Positions 1 to 7,558 of a stretch of 24,512 nt of DNA are shown in pieces. The DNA is from a virus (lineage: Duplodnaviria > Caudoviricetes): positions 1 through 24,512 of the IMG/VR virus record IMGVR_UViG_3300042935_000535; one strand, 5' to 3'. The notes beneath the pieces are model-generated. The model ran no database searches, was not told the DNA's origin, and saw only the letters and a program-made list of their open reading frames with translations. Made by a program: the position numbers and the translations under genes. Position 1 is the stretch's first letter, and each line of letters begins with the position of its first letter.

Positions 1-225
1 ACTTTTCACCCAACAGAAAAACCTTACAAGCTATATAAATGGTTACTTGACAAATACGCAAAAGAAAACGATAAAATACTTGACACGCATTTAGGTTCAG
101 GTTCAATAGCAATAGCTTGTCACGATTATGGATTTGAACTAACAGCTTGTGAGTTGGATGTTGAATATTATAACAAGGCTATTGAAAGAATTAAAAACCA
201 TACAAATCAAACTAAATTATTTTAA
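1..225 (+). CDS. DNA methyltransferase, N4/N6 (beta-class), C-terminal part (5' truncated by window edge)
   Basis: Frame 1 from base 1 reads TFHPTEKPYKLYKWLLDKYAKENDKILDTHLGSGSIAIACHDYGFELTACELDVEYYNKAIERIKNHTNQTKLF*. It contains the HPTEKP motif and the SAM-binding motif I (ILDTHLGSGS). Not in the ORF track. Confidence 0.9.
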   Translation, partial: TFHPTEKPYKLYKWLLDKYAKENDKILDTHLGSGSIAIACHDYGFELTACELDVEYYNKAIERIKNHTNQTKLF

Positions 226-226
226 T

Positions 227-499
227 ATGAAAATACCAACTAACAAAAAACATAATTTAAGCAGCCACAAAATAGCAGTATTATCTTATATGTTAATTTC
301 GGAATTAAACGACATAGGTGCAAACAGCGTACTTGCAAAAGAAATTATTGACAAAGGCAAAGCGTTTGAAGAAGCACTTGAGCCTATGATAGATGCAGTA
401 TTTGAAAGTAAAGAAGTAAGTAAATCAACTTATTTAAACCAGTTAGCGTATCCAATAGATACTATTATAAGAAAAAATTATCAAAGAATTAGCGAATAA
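227..499 (+). CDS. hypothetical phage protein (90 aa)
   Basis: ATG at 227, immediately after the MTase stop (TAA-T-ATG). The track start at 149 overlaps the MTase and is unlikely. Confidence 0.75.
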   Translation: MKIPTNKKHNLSSHKIAVLSYMLISELNDIGANSVLAKEIIDKGKAFEEALEPMIDAVFESKEVSKSTYLNQLAYPIDTIIRKNYQRISE

Positions 500-501
500 T
501 T

Positions 502-810
502 ATGAAAGGAAAATATTTAATTACAACAGACGAATGGTTTATTGCTCCTAACGGAAAACAATATAAATCAGCTTGGGGAGAAGTAGAAATAGTAAGCGAT
601 GCTATTTTAGGAATAAAAACAAATGTTAGAAGTTCTAATTGGTTTGCTAAATTAGGAAGTGAAAAAAACCATATTATAATTGCTGGTTGCCAAATACATT
701 ACGCTGTTTTATGCGATAGACCAAATACACAAAACGTAGTTGAAGATTTGTTTCACGATGGTAAACACGTTTTTAGCGAAAGAGCAACAAGAATTTTTAT
801 ATTTGAATAG
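502..810 (+). CDS. hypothetical phage protein
   Basis: 102-aa ORF tightly packed after the previous gene; no recognisable motif. Confidence 0.75.
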   Translation: MKGKYLITTDEWFIAPNGKQYKSAWGEVEIVSDAILGIKTNVRSSNWFAKLGSEKNHIIIAGCQIHYAVLCDRPNTQNVVEDLFHDGKHVFSERATRIFIFE

Positions 811-817
811 AAATAAA

Positions 818-861
818 ATACTAAAAAAATTTTTTAGTATAAATATAATTTTTTATATTTG
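818..861 (+). promoter_or_regulatory. Bacteroidota-type promoter (-7 element TATATTTG, 854-861) with upstream 23-bp palindrome
   Basis: TAnnTTTG lies 30 nt before the recT ATG. The palindrome ATACTAAAAAA-A-TTTTTTAGTAT at 818-840 covers the expected -33 region. Confidence 0.65.
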
Positions 862-891
862 CTAACTATTAATAATTAAAACAAAAATTTT

Positions 892-1803
892 ATGTCAAAC
901 GTACAAGCACAAAAGAAGGGTTTTTCAGCGTTATTGGATAGCCCTACAACCAAACAAAGAATTGAAGAAGTTTTGGGCGAAAGAAAAGCGCAATTTATAA
1001 CAAGCGCATTGTCTTTGTTTAATTCAAACACCCAATTACAAAATTGTGAGCCAGCCTCTATTTTCAACGCGTGTTTAACCGCAACGAGTTTAGGCCTACC
1101 AATTAACAATAATTTAGGTTTTGCCTATATTATACCATACAAAACAAAAATAGGAAACGATTTTGTTGATGTAGCACAATTTCAAATAGGTTACAAAGGT
1201 TTCAGACAATTAGCAATCAACTCAAACCAGTACAAAAACCTGGAAGTAAAACCAATTTATGAAGGCCAGTTAGTTGAAGACGATAGTTTTGGCGGTTTTC
1301 ACTTTAATTGGAAAGAAAAAAAGTCTGAAAAGGTTATTGGATATGCGTCTTATTTTCAATTGCTTAACGGCTTTGAAAATACGTTTTATTTAAGCATTGA
1401 AGATATTGAAAAGCACGCTAAAAAATACTCTAAAAACTTTGCTAAATACGGTACTGGTTTATGGAAAGACGACTTTGAAAAAATGGCTAAAAAAACCGTG
1501 GTTAAATTACATTTGAATAGTGGTTTTGCGCCTTTGAGTATTGAAATGCAAAAAGCCCAGGAAACAGATCAAAGCGTAATTAGTGAAACTGGCTACAAAT
1601 TTGTAGACAACGAGCCAATTGACTTGAATGAATTAAACGCCAGTGAGGAAGATAAAAGAACCCTTGACTTTTTAAATAAGGTGCAAACCCTTGACGCTTA
1701 TATGGAATTAAAAGATAGCGTACCGCAAGAAGTTTTTACAAGATTAGAAAAACATTTTATAAATATTGAAAATCAACTAATTATTAACCAACAAACAAAA
1801 TAA
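892..1803 (+). CDS. recT: RecT-family single-strand annealing protein
   Basis: Typical RecT motifs: LQNCEPASIFNACLTATSLGLPINNNLGFAYIIPY, AQFQIGYKGFRQLA, W..DFEKMAKKTVVK. Confidence 0.92.
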   Translation: MSNVQAQKKGFSALLDSPTTKQRIEEVLGERKAQFITSALSLFNSNTQLQNCEPASIFNACLTATSLGLPINNNLGFAYIIPYKTKIGNDFVDVAQFQIGYKGFRQLAINSNQYKNLEVKPIYEGQLVEDDSFGGFHFNWKEKKSEKVIGYASYFQLLNGFENTFYLSIEDIEKHAKKYSKNFAKYGTGLWKDDFEKMAKKTVVKLHLNSGFAPLSIEMQKAQETDQSVISETGYKFVDNEPIDLNELNASEEDKRTLDFLNKVQTLDAYMELKDSVPQEVFTRLEKHFINIENQLIINQQTK

Positions 1804-1805
1804 AA

Positions 1806-2075
1806 ATGGAAGTAACTGGAAAATTAATCTACAAAGGCGAAACGCAACAAGTAACAGAAAAATTCGCAAAACGTGATATTGTTATTGAAACGCAAGAAAA
1901 CTACCCTCAGCAAATTAAATTAGAGTTGCACCAGGATAGAACCGACTTAATAGACGCATACAACCTGGAAGAAATTATAACAATTTCATTCAATTTACGC
2001 GGCAGAAGTTACCAGGATAAAAACGGAGTAACTCAGTACGCAAATACGCTGCAAGCCTGGAGTATAAAAAGATAA
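1806..2075 (+). CDS. DUF3127-family OB-fold (SSB-like) protein
   Basis: MEVTGKL...F.KRDIVIETQENYPQQI...ISFNLRGR.Y...Y.NTLQAW.I matches the Bacteroidota DUF3127 pattern; located between recT and the exonuclease. Confidence 0.85.
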   Translation: MEVTGKLIYKGETQQVTEKFAKRDIVIETQENYPQQIKLELHQDRTDLIDAYNLEEIITISFNLRGRSYQDKNGVTQYANTLQAWSIKR

Positions 2076-2104
2076 AAATTAAAATAAAACAAAACAAAGA
2101 TTAT

Positions 2105-3028
2105 ATGTCAAATACAAGTTTAAATTTCGAGAATTATTTATTTAGATGTTCAAGTCTTGGAAAGTTAATGGTTGGTATAAAACCAGCCTTAACTTCAAAC
2201 CAAGAGGCAGAACTTCAAAGACTATTGGAAAAGAATAAGGAACGTAAAATTACTGAAAGGCAAATTGTTACCTTAGGTGAATTATTGGCTAAGAAAAACG
2301 CTAAAAACGACCTTTCCGTAACTACAAAAAACTATTTAGATGAAATTCATAAACAAGTTTTATTCAAAAGAAGAAACGCTCTAAAAAACAAATACCTTGA
2401 CAAAGGAATACAAGTTGAAGAACAATCTTTGACTTTATATTCAAAGGTTTCAAATTTTCCATTTTACAAGAACGAAGATTTTTTTAAAAATGATTTTATT
2501 TGCGGTACGCCAGACAATTGCAAAGGCAAGGTTCGTGATATCAAATCTTCCTGGGACTATACTACTTTTCCGTTTTACGATACTGAAATTAAAAACAACG
2601 ATTATATTTGCCAGTTGAACGGATATATGGAATTAAACGGCTTAAACGAGGCCGAACTTATTTATTGTTTAGTAGATACGCCGTTTAAAATGATTAACGA
2701 TGAATTAAGGCGTGCGGACTGGAAATTTAATATAATGGATAACGACGGTAATATTAGGCCAGAAAGTATTAAGTTAGTTACTGAAATCGTTTCAAATATG
2801 ATTTACACTAACGAGGGCTTAATGAATTTTTGTGAAGAAAATGCTGCGGTGAAATTGGAATGGTTTGAAAAATTTAGAGAAATACCAGAAAATTTACGAG
2901 TAAAAATATTCACTATTCAAAAAGATGAAAACTTAATCAAAACGTTATACTCACAAATTGAAAAGTCAAGGGAGTATTTAACCAATTTGAGCTTGGAAAT
3001 AGCCAAAAATTTTGAAATTAATGTATAA
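2105..3028 (+). CDS. lambda-exonuclease/YqaJ-like PD-(D/E)XK exonuclease
   Basis: FRCSSLGKLM, KG..VE, GTPD...DIKSSW, Y..QL.GYM.L motifs; adjacent to recT. Confidence 0.8.
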   Translation: MSNTSLNFENYLFRCSSLGKLMVGIKPALTSNQEAELQRLLEKNKERKITERQIVTLGELLAKKNAKNDLSVTTKNYLDEIHKQVLFKRRNALKNKYLDKGIQVEEQSLTLYSKVSNFPFYKNEDFFKNDFICGTPDNCKGKVRDIKSSWDYTTFPFYDTEIKNNDYICQLNGYMELNGLNEAELIYCLVDTPFKMINDELRRADWKFNIMDNDGNIRPESIKLVTEIVSNMIYTNEGLMNFCEENAAVKLEWFEKFREIPENLRVKIFTIQKDENLIKTLYSQIEKSREYLTNLSLEIAKNFEINV

Positions 3029-3347
3029 AATAAACATAAAGCCCTTGTCAGTAAATGAATGCTGGCAAGGGCGTCGTTTTAAAACCATATCTTACAAGAA
3101 GTACGAGCGTGATATGTTATTAATGCTACCAAAAAAAACGTTTAAATTTGACAAATTTTCAATAGTTGTTGAGTTTGGTTTCAGTACGGTACTGGCAGAC
3201 ATAGACAATCCATTAAAACCGTTTATTGACGTTTTACAAAAGAAGTATAACATAAATGATAGAGACGTTTATTCTTTGTCAGTTTCAAAAAAAGTAGTAC
3301 CGAAGGGTACTGAGTATATTAAATTTAAAATTTCACAATATGAATGA
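3021..3347 (+). CDS. RusA-like Holliday junction resolvase
   Basis: KPLSVN..W, DIDNPLKPFIDVL and INDRDV match the RusA catalytic pattern. ATG at 3021 is preferred over TTG at 3012. Confidence 0.8.
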   Translation: MYKINIKPLSVNECWQGRRFKTISYKKYERDMLLMLPKKTFKFDKFSIVVEFGFSTVLADIDNPLKPFIDVLQKKYNINDRDVYSLSVSKKVVPKGTEYIKFKISQYE

Positions 3348-3630
3348 TTTATTTCAAGGTTTGCCGCAACCTAAAACGGCCACACAAGAAGTTTTATTGA
3401 CACTTATTTTGCAAGGAAACGTTTCAATATTTGATTTCGCTTGGATGTCTGGTTTCAGAACCAGAATAAGTAATTTAAAACTAGATTTTGGTTTGAAATT
3501 AGAAACCATAAAATTAAATTCAAAAAACAAATACGGAAATGCCTATACTTATTGTAAACATAGCTTACCAGCGGAAGAAAAGCAAGGCGCTATTGATCTA
3601 TATTTAGAACTCTGGGCAAATACTAAATAA
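3340..3630 (+). CDS. putative winged helix-turn-helix DNA-binding protein
   Basis: LL.LI.QG.VS...GFRTRISNLK..G..L pattern typical of small phage wHTH proteins. Confidence 0.55.
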   Translation: MNDLFQGLPQPKTATQEVLLTLILQGNVSIFDFAWMSGFRTRISNLKLDFGLKLETIKLNSKNKYGNAYTYCKHSLPAEEKQGAIDLYLELWANTK

Positions 3631-3785
3631 TGATAGAAGTTGAGGTTGTAAAATTGGATATGAAAGGCGTCTGCGTTGAGGTTAAGACTATGTATTTAAA
3701 CGACTGGAAGGCCTTAAAAAAAGAACCGAATTTTATTTACAGAGCATACCAAATAAATTTTCATAGTTTTATTGTTGGTATCTAA
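3630..3785 (+). CDS. small hypothetical protein (51 aa)
   Basis: TAATG-coupled ORF MIEVEVVKLDMKGVCVEVKTMYLNDWKALKKEPNFIYRAYQINFHSFIVGI fills the gap up to the next promoter; below the track cut-off. Confidence 0.65.
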   Translation: MIEVEVVKLDMKGVCVEVKTMYLNDWKALKKEPNFIYRAYQINFHSFIVGI

Positions 3786-3804
3786 ATTTTTTTTTCTATA
3801 TTTG
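3775..3804 (+). promoter_or_regulatory. Bacteroidota sigma70-type promoter
   Basis: TTG (3775-3777), 19-bp spacer, TATATTTG (3797-3804): fits the TTG-N19-TAnnTTTG consensus. Confidence 0.8.
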
Positions 3805-3807
3805 CTG

Positions 3808-3908
3808 AACAGTAATGAAGTGGAACGCATTACAAAAGTGAAAATATTATACAAAATCCTATTCAGGCGGTACGTTCCACAACTCTACCAAATGAATGGG
3901 ATTTTTTT
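3808..3908 (+). ncRNA. putative structured leader/small RNA with loop-loop (kissing) pseudoknot
   Basis: Hairpin 1 is GTAATG(3812-17)/CATTAC(3828-33). Hairpin 2 is AAAATCCTATTCA(3853-65)/TGAATGGGATTTT(3893-3905) with inner stem GGTA/TACC. The loops contain GTGGAACG (3820-27) and its exact complement CGTTCCAC (3873-80). Confidence 0.7.
3853..3908 (+). terminator. intrinsic terminator/attenuator (hairpin 2 of the leader RNA)
   Basis: 13-bp stem (one G-U) running into T7 at 3902-3908, 23 nt before the next ATG. Confidence 0.6.
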
Positions 3909-3931
3909 ATTAACTAAATTAAATTAATTTT

Positions 3932-4150
3932 ATGAAACATTCAATTATTAACGAACTTTACAATTGCGATAGAATTTTAAGTATCTTAGAGTTTGACGGA
4001 GAGGTAGTTGTTCAAATCGAGGTTTTTTCAAAATCTGAAAAAAAATTAATAACAGAGGAAAGATTTTCATTATCAAAAGAAAACTTACATTCATTTATTG
4101 GCGTATTACTTCACGTTCAATCAAAAATGAAAGGAGGCAAAAATGGCTAA
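3932..4150 (+). CDS. hypothetical protein, first gene of the replication operon
   Basis: 72-aa ORF overlapping the initiator start. Confidence 0.7.
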   Translation: MKHSIINELYNCDRILSILEFDGEVVVQIEVFSKSEKKLITEERFSLSKENLHSFIGVLLHVQSKMKGGKNG

Positions 4151-4958
4151 GGAATTACCGTACTTTAAATTTGAGCCAGCGGAATATTTAACTAAGGATA
4201 TTTCATTTTGTAGTTTATCAGCCCAGGGCTTATTCATTAACATTTGTAGTTATTATTGGCAAAGAGGTTGCCAACTTACAAAAGAGCAACTTTTAAGAAG
4301 GTTAAACCACGAAACAGAACTCGAAGAACTTATTGGCGAGGGTGTTATTGATTTAATAGAAAACAATATATTTATTAAATTTTTAGACAATCAACTTAAT
4401 GAAGTTGAAAATAAAAGCAAAACCAATTCAGCCAATGGTAGCAAGGGCGGAAGGCCTAAAAAAAACCGAACTGAAACCGAAACGAAACCGAATGAAAACC
4501 CAAACGAAACCGAAACCATAAGCGAAACAAAAGGCATAAGAGAAGATAAGATAAGATTAGATGAAATAAAAGAAGATGAAATAAAAGAAGATGAAAATAT
4601 TAATACGGCTTTGCCTTTTTCATTTTATAATTCTTTAATCAAATACGGCTTTCATAAAAATTTAGTTTCGGACTGGTTGAAAGTCAGAAAAGCAAAAAAC
4701 GCGTCAAATACAGAAACGGCCTTCAATAATTTTATAAAAGAAATTGAAAAAAGAAATTTTGATTTGAACGAAATTTTAGAATTTATAATTGTAAAAGATT
4801 GGAAAGGTTTTAAATGGTCCTGGTATGACACAGAAATGGAAAAAGAAAAAAATTCCGCGCAAAAAGAAAAAGTAGTTGCTGGAAGGCAAACAATGGAAAC
4901 CATTCAACAAAATTTAGATACAACTGGCTTATATGTTCCGAGCCTACAAAATAAATAA
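4143..4958 (+). CDS. phage replication initiator (DUF1376/replisome-organiser-like, lambda O analogue)
   Basis: N-terminal LPYFKFEPAEYL...LS.QGLF..I..YYW, then NGSKGGRP, a low-complexity linker encoded by iterons, and a C-terminal W...RK.K.A..TETA...WKGF domain. Confidence 0.8.
   Translation: MAKELPYFKFEPAEYLTKDISFCSLSAQGLFINICSYYWQRGCQLTKEQLLRRLNHETELEELIGEGVIDLIENNIFIKFLDNQLNEVENKSKTNSANGSKGGRPKKNRTETETKPNENPNETETISETKGIREDKIRLDEIKEDEIKEDENINTALPFSFYNSLIKYGFHKNLVSDWLKVRKAKNASNTETAFNNFIKEIEKRNFDLNEILEFIIVKDWKGFKWSWYDTEMEKEKNSAQKEKVVAGRQTMETIQQNLDTTGLYVPSLQNK
4463..4597 (+). repeat. iteron array and purine-rich tract; putative phage replication origin
   Basis: AAACCGAA at 4463, 4474, 4485 and 4507, and AAACCCAA at 4496, give an exact 11-bp period. 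AGATGAAATAAAAGA follows about 2.5 times (4559-4596). Confidence 0.75.
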
Positions 4959-4962
4959 AACT

Positions 4963-5820
4963 ATGGAAAATCAAATTCAAATTTCAAATTCAGAAAACTT
5001 TTATTTACAAAAGCGAGAAGAAATTCAAAACGAAATAAATTTGCCTACTAAAACTTTTATACAAAAAAGTTACGATTTCAAAAAAATTAAAGAAATCAAA
5101 AGTGATCCGAATTTTATTTTTTTAGTTTCTGGCTGGATAGCGCAAACGTCAATTTTAATGGAAATTAAAAACCCAATTGATAGTTTTACAAAGCAAGATA
5201 TTATCAATATGCTTGACGGCTACTGGAGTAGTTTTACGCTGGAAGAAATGATTAAGGCTTTTGAACTTGAAAGGTTCGGACAGTACAAAGAAACTACAGA
5301 GCATTTTCAATTATTTAATGCGTCGTATATTGCTAAGGTTTTTAAAAAATACCAGAATTGGAAACACGATAAAAAAATTGAACTAAATATTTCAAATCAA
5401 AATACCGATATGGAAAGCGCACTCACACAAGAGCAAAAATTTGAAATAATGTCTAATGCTATAAATGAAAAATATTTGCATTATGTAAACACTAAGCAAG
5501 TAAGCGAACCATATACGCATATATTTTCAGAACTTATCGAACGTGGAATAATAAAAACACCTACGGTACAAACGCCAAAACTATCAATGTATTTTGAAAA
5601 TAAACTCACCCAGGCGGCTGAGGAATTAAAAATTGAACTTCAAGGCAAAACGGAACCAGATAAAATAAAAAGAAAAAATATCCAGGGCGTATTGAATAGT
5701 ATTTTAGAAAACAACCCAAACGATAGCGCGAAATTAAAAATTGAAATACGAGCCAAAAAACTAGTGTTAATCGATTTGTTTAATAAGTACCTAGAATTAA
5801 ACTCAGAAAAAATAGTATGA
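4963..5820 (+). CDS. replication-associated protein (possible helicase loader/initiator partner)
   Basis: Directly follows the initiator (lambda P position); no Walker motif. ATG at 4963 is preferred. Function is inferred from synteny only. Confidence 0.5.
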   Translation: MENQIQISNSENFYLQKREEIQNEINLPTKTFIQKSYDFKKIKEIKSDPNFIFLVSGWIAQTSILMEIKNPIDSFTKQDIINMLDGYWSSFTLEEMIKAFELERFGQYKETTEHFQLFNASYIAKVFKKYQNWKHDKKIELNISNQNTDMESALTQEQKFEIMSNAINEKYLHYVNTKQVSEPYTHIFSELIERGIIKTPTVQTPKLSMYFENKLTQAAEELKIELQGKTEPDKIKRKNIQGVLNSILENNPNDSAKLKIEIRAKKLVLIDLFNKYLELNSEKIV

Positions 5821-6173
5821 TACATTTAAACTTATATAAAATTTTGCTATTAGTGGCAAACTACTATGATCTAACAACTGAGGAATTAATAGGGAAGTCA
5901 AGGTTATCAAAAATTTCACACGCCAGACAAGTATATTTTTATTTAGCCAGAAAACATAGTTTAAAGTCCTACGATGAAATTGCTGAACTTGTGAACAGGA
6001 ACCACGCTACGGCTATTCACGGTGAGAAAACTATTAAAAACCTTTTGGAAGTTGATAAAAAATATAAAAAAGAAATATTTTTAATAAGGGAAAACATAGG
6101 TAATGACCTGATTGTTAGAGAGGTAAACTTATTAAAACTATGTAAAAATTACGCTGAAAGTTTTGTGTTATAG
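5817..6173 (+). CDS. stand-alone DnaA C-terminal (domain IV) HTH protein
   Basis: I...VANYY.LT.EELIGKSR...I.HARQV.FYLARK.S..SY.EIA.LV.RNHATAIHG.K.I mirrors the DnaA domain IV signature. Confidence 0.85.
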   Translation: MIHLNLYKILLLVANYYDLTTEELIGKSRLSKISHARQVYFYLARKHSLKSYDEIAELVNRNHATAIHGEKTIKNLLEVDKKYKKEIFLIRENIGNDLIVREVNLLKLCKNYAESFVL

Positions 6174-6227
6174 AAAAAACTTTTTAAATAAAAAAATTTA
6201 TTTTAAAAAACTTTTATATAATCTTTG
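6174..6227 (+). promoter_or_regulatory. probable promoter region with repeated AAAAAACTTTT motifs
   Basis: AAAAAACTTTT at 6174 and 6205; near-consensus -7 element (T)AATCTTTG at 6219-6227 in a 96-bp AT-rich gap. Confidence 0.45.
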
Positions 6228-6269
6228 CACTGTAATTAAATAACAAATAATTTAAAACAAATTAAAATT

Positions 6270-6554
6270 ATGGAATTTAAAGGAACAAAAGGAAAGTGGA
6301 ATTTATTAAGCAATGTATCTTGGTGTGAAATACAAACAGAATCACCAATAAAAAGTATTTGTGCTATAAATAAAAACATTGAAGAATATGAAGCCAACGC
6401 ATTACTAATATCAAAAGCACCTGAAATGTTGGAAATGTTGAAAGAATTATATGGGGCTATTAGTATTTATAATGAAAATAATGATTTACCAAAATATATT
6501 ACAAATGAAATGGCAAAATCATATCAACTAATCAAAGAAGCAACAGAAATCTAA
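6270..6554 (+). CDS. hypothetical phage protein
   Basis: MEFKGTKGKW...EANALLISKAPEMLEML resembles a common phage early-protein pattern. Confidence 0.75.
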   Translation: MEFKGTKGKWNLLSNVSWCEIQTESPIKSICAINKNIEEYEANALLISKAPEMLEMLKELYGAISIYNENNDLPKYITNEMAKSYQLIKEATEI

Positions 6555-6565
6555 AACAAAACATT

Positions 6566-6751
6566 ATGAAAGTATTTTTATTCGCAGCATTTTTACTAAC
6601 AGTAGTAAGTTGTTCAAAACCAGAAACAGAAAATTGTACCAACGTAGTAGTTAAAGAAAAACTTAAACAAGATTTCAACGGTGTTACATTTGCAGAAACA
6701 ACTTATAAAAACACTTGCACAGGAGAAACATTTATAGTAAACCTTTATTAA
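6566..6751 (+). CDS. small lipoprotein
   Basis: MK, hydrophobic stretch, lipobox VVS-C; two further Cys. Confidence 0.75.
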   Translation: MKVFLFAAFLLTVVSCSKPETENCTNVVVKEKLKQDFNGVTFAETTYKNTCTGETFIVNLY

Positions 6752-6753
6752 TT

Positions 6754-6840
6754 ATGAAAGCAAAACTAACATTATCAGACGTATTACTAATTACAGTTTA
6801 TTGGGTAGTATTTTTTACAACATTATTTTTTATTTTATAG
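6754..6840 (+). CDS. 28-aa single-pass membrane peptide
   Basis: MKAKLTLSDVLLITVYWVVFFTTLFFIL* fits exactly between its neighbours, with 2-nt gaps on both sides (TAA-TT-ATG, TAG-TT-ATG). Confidence 0.6.
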   Translation: MKAKLTLSDVLLITVYWVVFFTTLFFIL

Positions 6841-6842
6841 TT

Positions 6843-7241
6843 ATGAAAAAAGAAAAAGAAAAAGGTATTACTATTACTTTCGTTGGTAAACAAGAACCTA
6901 ACATAATTAATAATTGGTTAGATGAAAATGGAAATATTGAAATAGCTAAACAAGTTGAAAAGGAAGCTAAAGATTTATGCGAACAAGAAACACTTGAAGA
7001 AGCTGCAGAAAGAATATTATTTGAGAACACTAAAAATTTAGAAATAAGATACAGAGGTGGTAGATATAGTGTTATTAAATCTATGTTAGATATTGCTAAA
7101 TGGCAACAAGAACAAGACAAGAAAATGTATAGTAAGGAAGAGGTAATAAAATTCGGGCAATGGCTAACCTTATTTGATAACTTACGAAACGAAAATAAAT
7201 ATGTAATAAAACAACTACTTAAACAATTTAAAAACAAATAA
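6843..7241 (+). CDS. hypothetical phage protein
   Basis: ATG at 6843 is preferred over TTG at 6801. Contains QETLEEAAER...AKWQQEQDKKMYS.EEV, a pattern I associate with Bacteroidota phage early proteins. Confidence 0.7.
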   Translation: MKKEKEKGITITFVGKQEPNIINNWLDENGNIEIAKQVEKEAKDLCEQETLEEAAERILFENTKNLEIRYRGGRYSVIKSMLDIAKWQQEQDKKMYSKEEVIKFGQWLTLFDNLRNENKYVIKQLLKQFKNK

Positions 7242-7244
7242 GAT

Positions 7245-7385
7245 ATGCCAACAACAAGATACGAAATTTACATTAAAGGATTATTATGCTTTGTAAATAA
7301 TACTCGACAAGAGTTTGAAAAAGTTTGTTCAGATATGGATACACTAAAAATTGATTACACAGCTAAAATTATTAATTTAATTTAA
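7245..7385 (+). CDS. small hypothetical protein (46 aa)
   Basis: MPTTRYEIYIKGLLCFVNNTRQEFEKVCSDMDTLKIDYTAKIINLI*; packs into the gap. Confidence 0.6.
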   Translation: MPTTRYEIYIKGLLCFVNNTRQEFEKVCSDMDTLKIDYTAKIINLI

Positions 7386-7399
7386 AAACAGATAACATT

Positions 7400-7555
7400 A
7401 TGAAACAGACAGAAACATTTTGCGAATTTTGTAACGAATTAAGAGGCTACAGAATAATCAATAAAAAAGGATTTGAAGTGCCTAAGTACATAGCTTACTG
7501 GAAAGGATTAAACGCTATACAGATCAAAGAACGTTTTACACTTCAAAAAAGATAA
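7400..7555 (+). CDS. small hypothetical protein (51 aa)
   Basis: MKQTETFCEFCNELRGYRIINKKGFEVPKYIAYWKGLNAIQIKERFTLQKR*; packs into the gap. Confidence 0.6.
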   Translation: MKQTETFCEFCNELRGYRIINKKGFEVPKYIAYWKGLNAIQIKERFTLQKR

Positions 7556-7558
7556 AAT

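Noticed and set aside
149-226. Track ORF start at 149
   Set aside because: It overlaps the MTase C-terminus in another frame; ATG at 227 right after the MTase stop is the natural start.
4463-4597. Repeat array as CRISPR or DGR repeat
   Set aside because: Units are 11-15 bp and tandem without spacers, and there is no cas or reverse transcriptase gene; it fits an origin.
876-7237. Minus-strand ORFs 876-1109, 4652-4903, 5640-5825, 6830-7237
   Set aside because: Shadows of well-supported + strand genes, with no motifs or own promoters.
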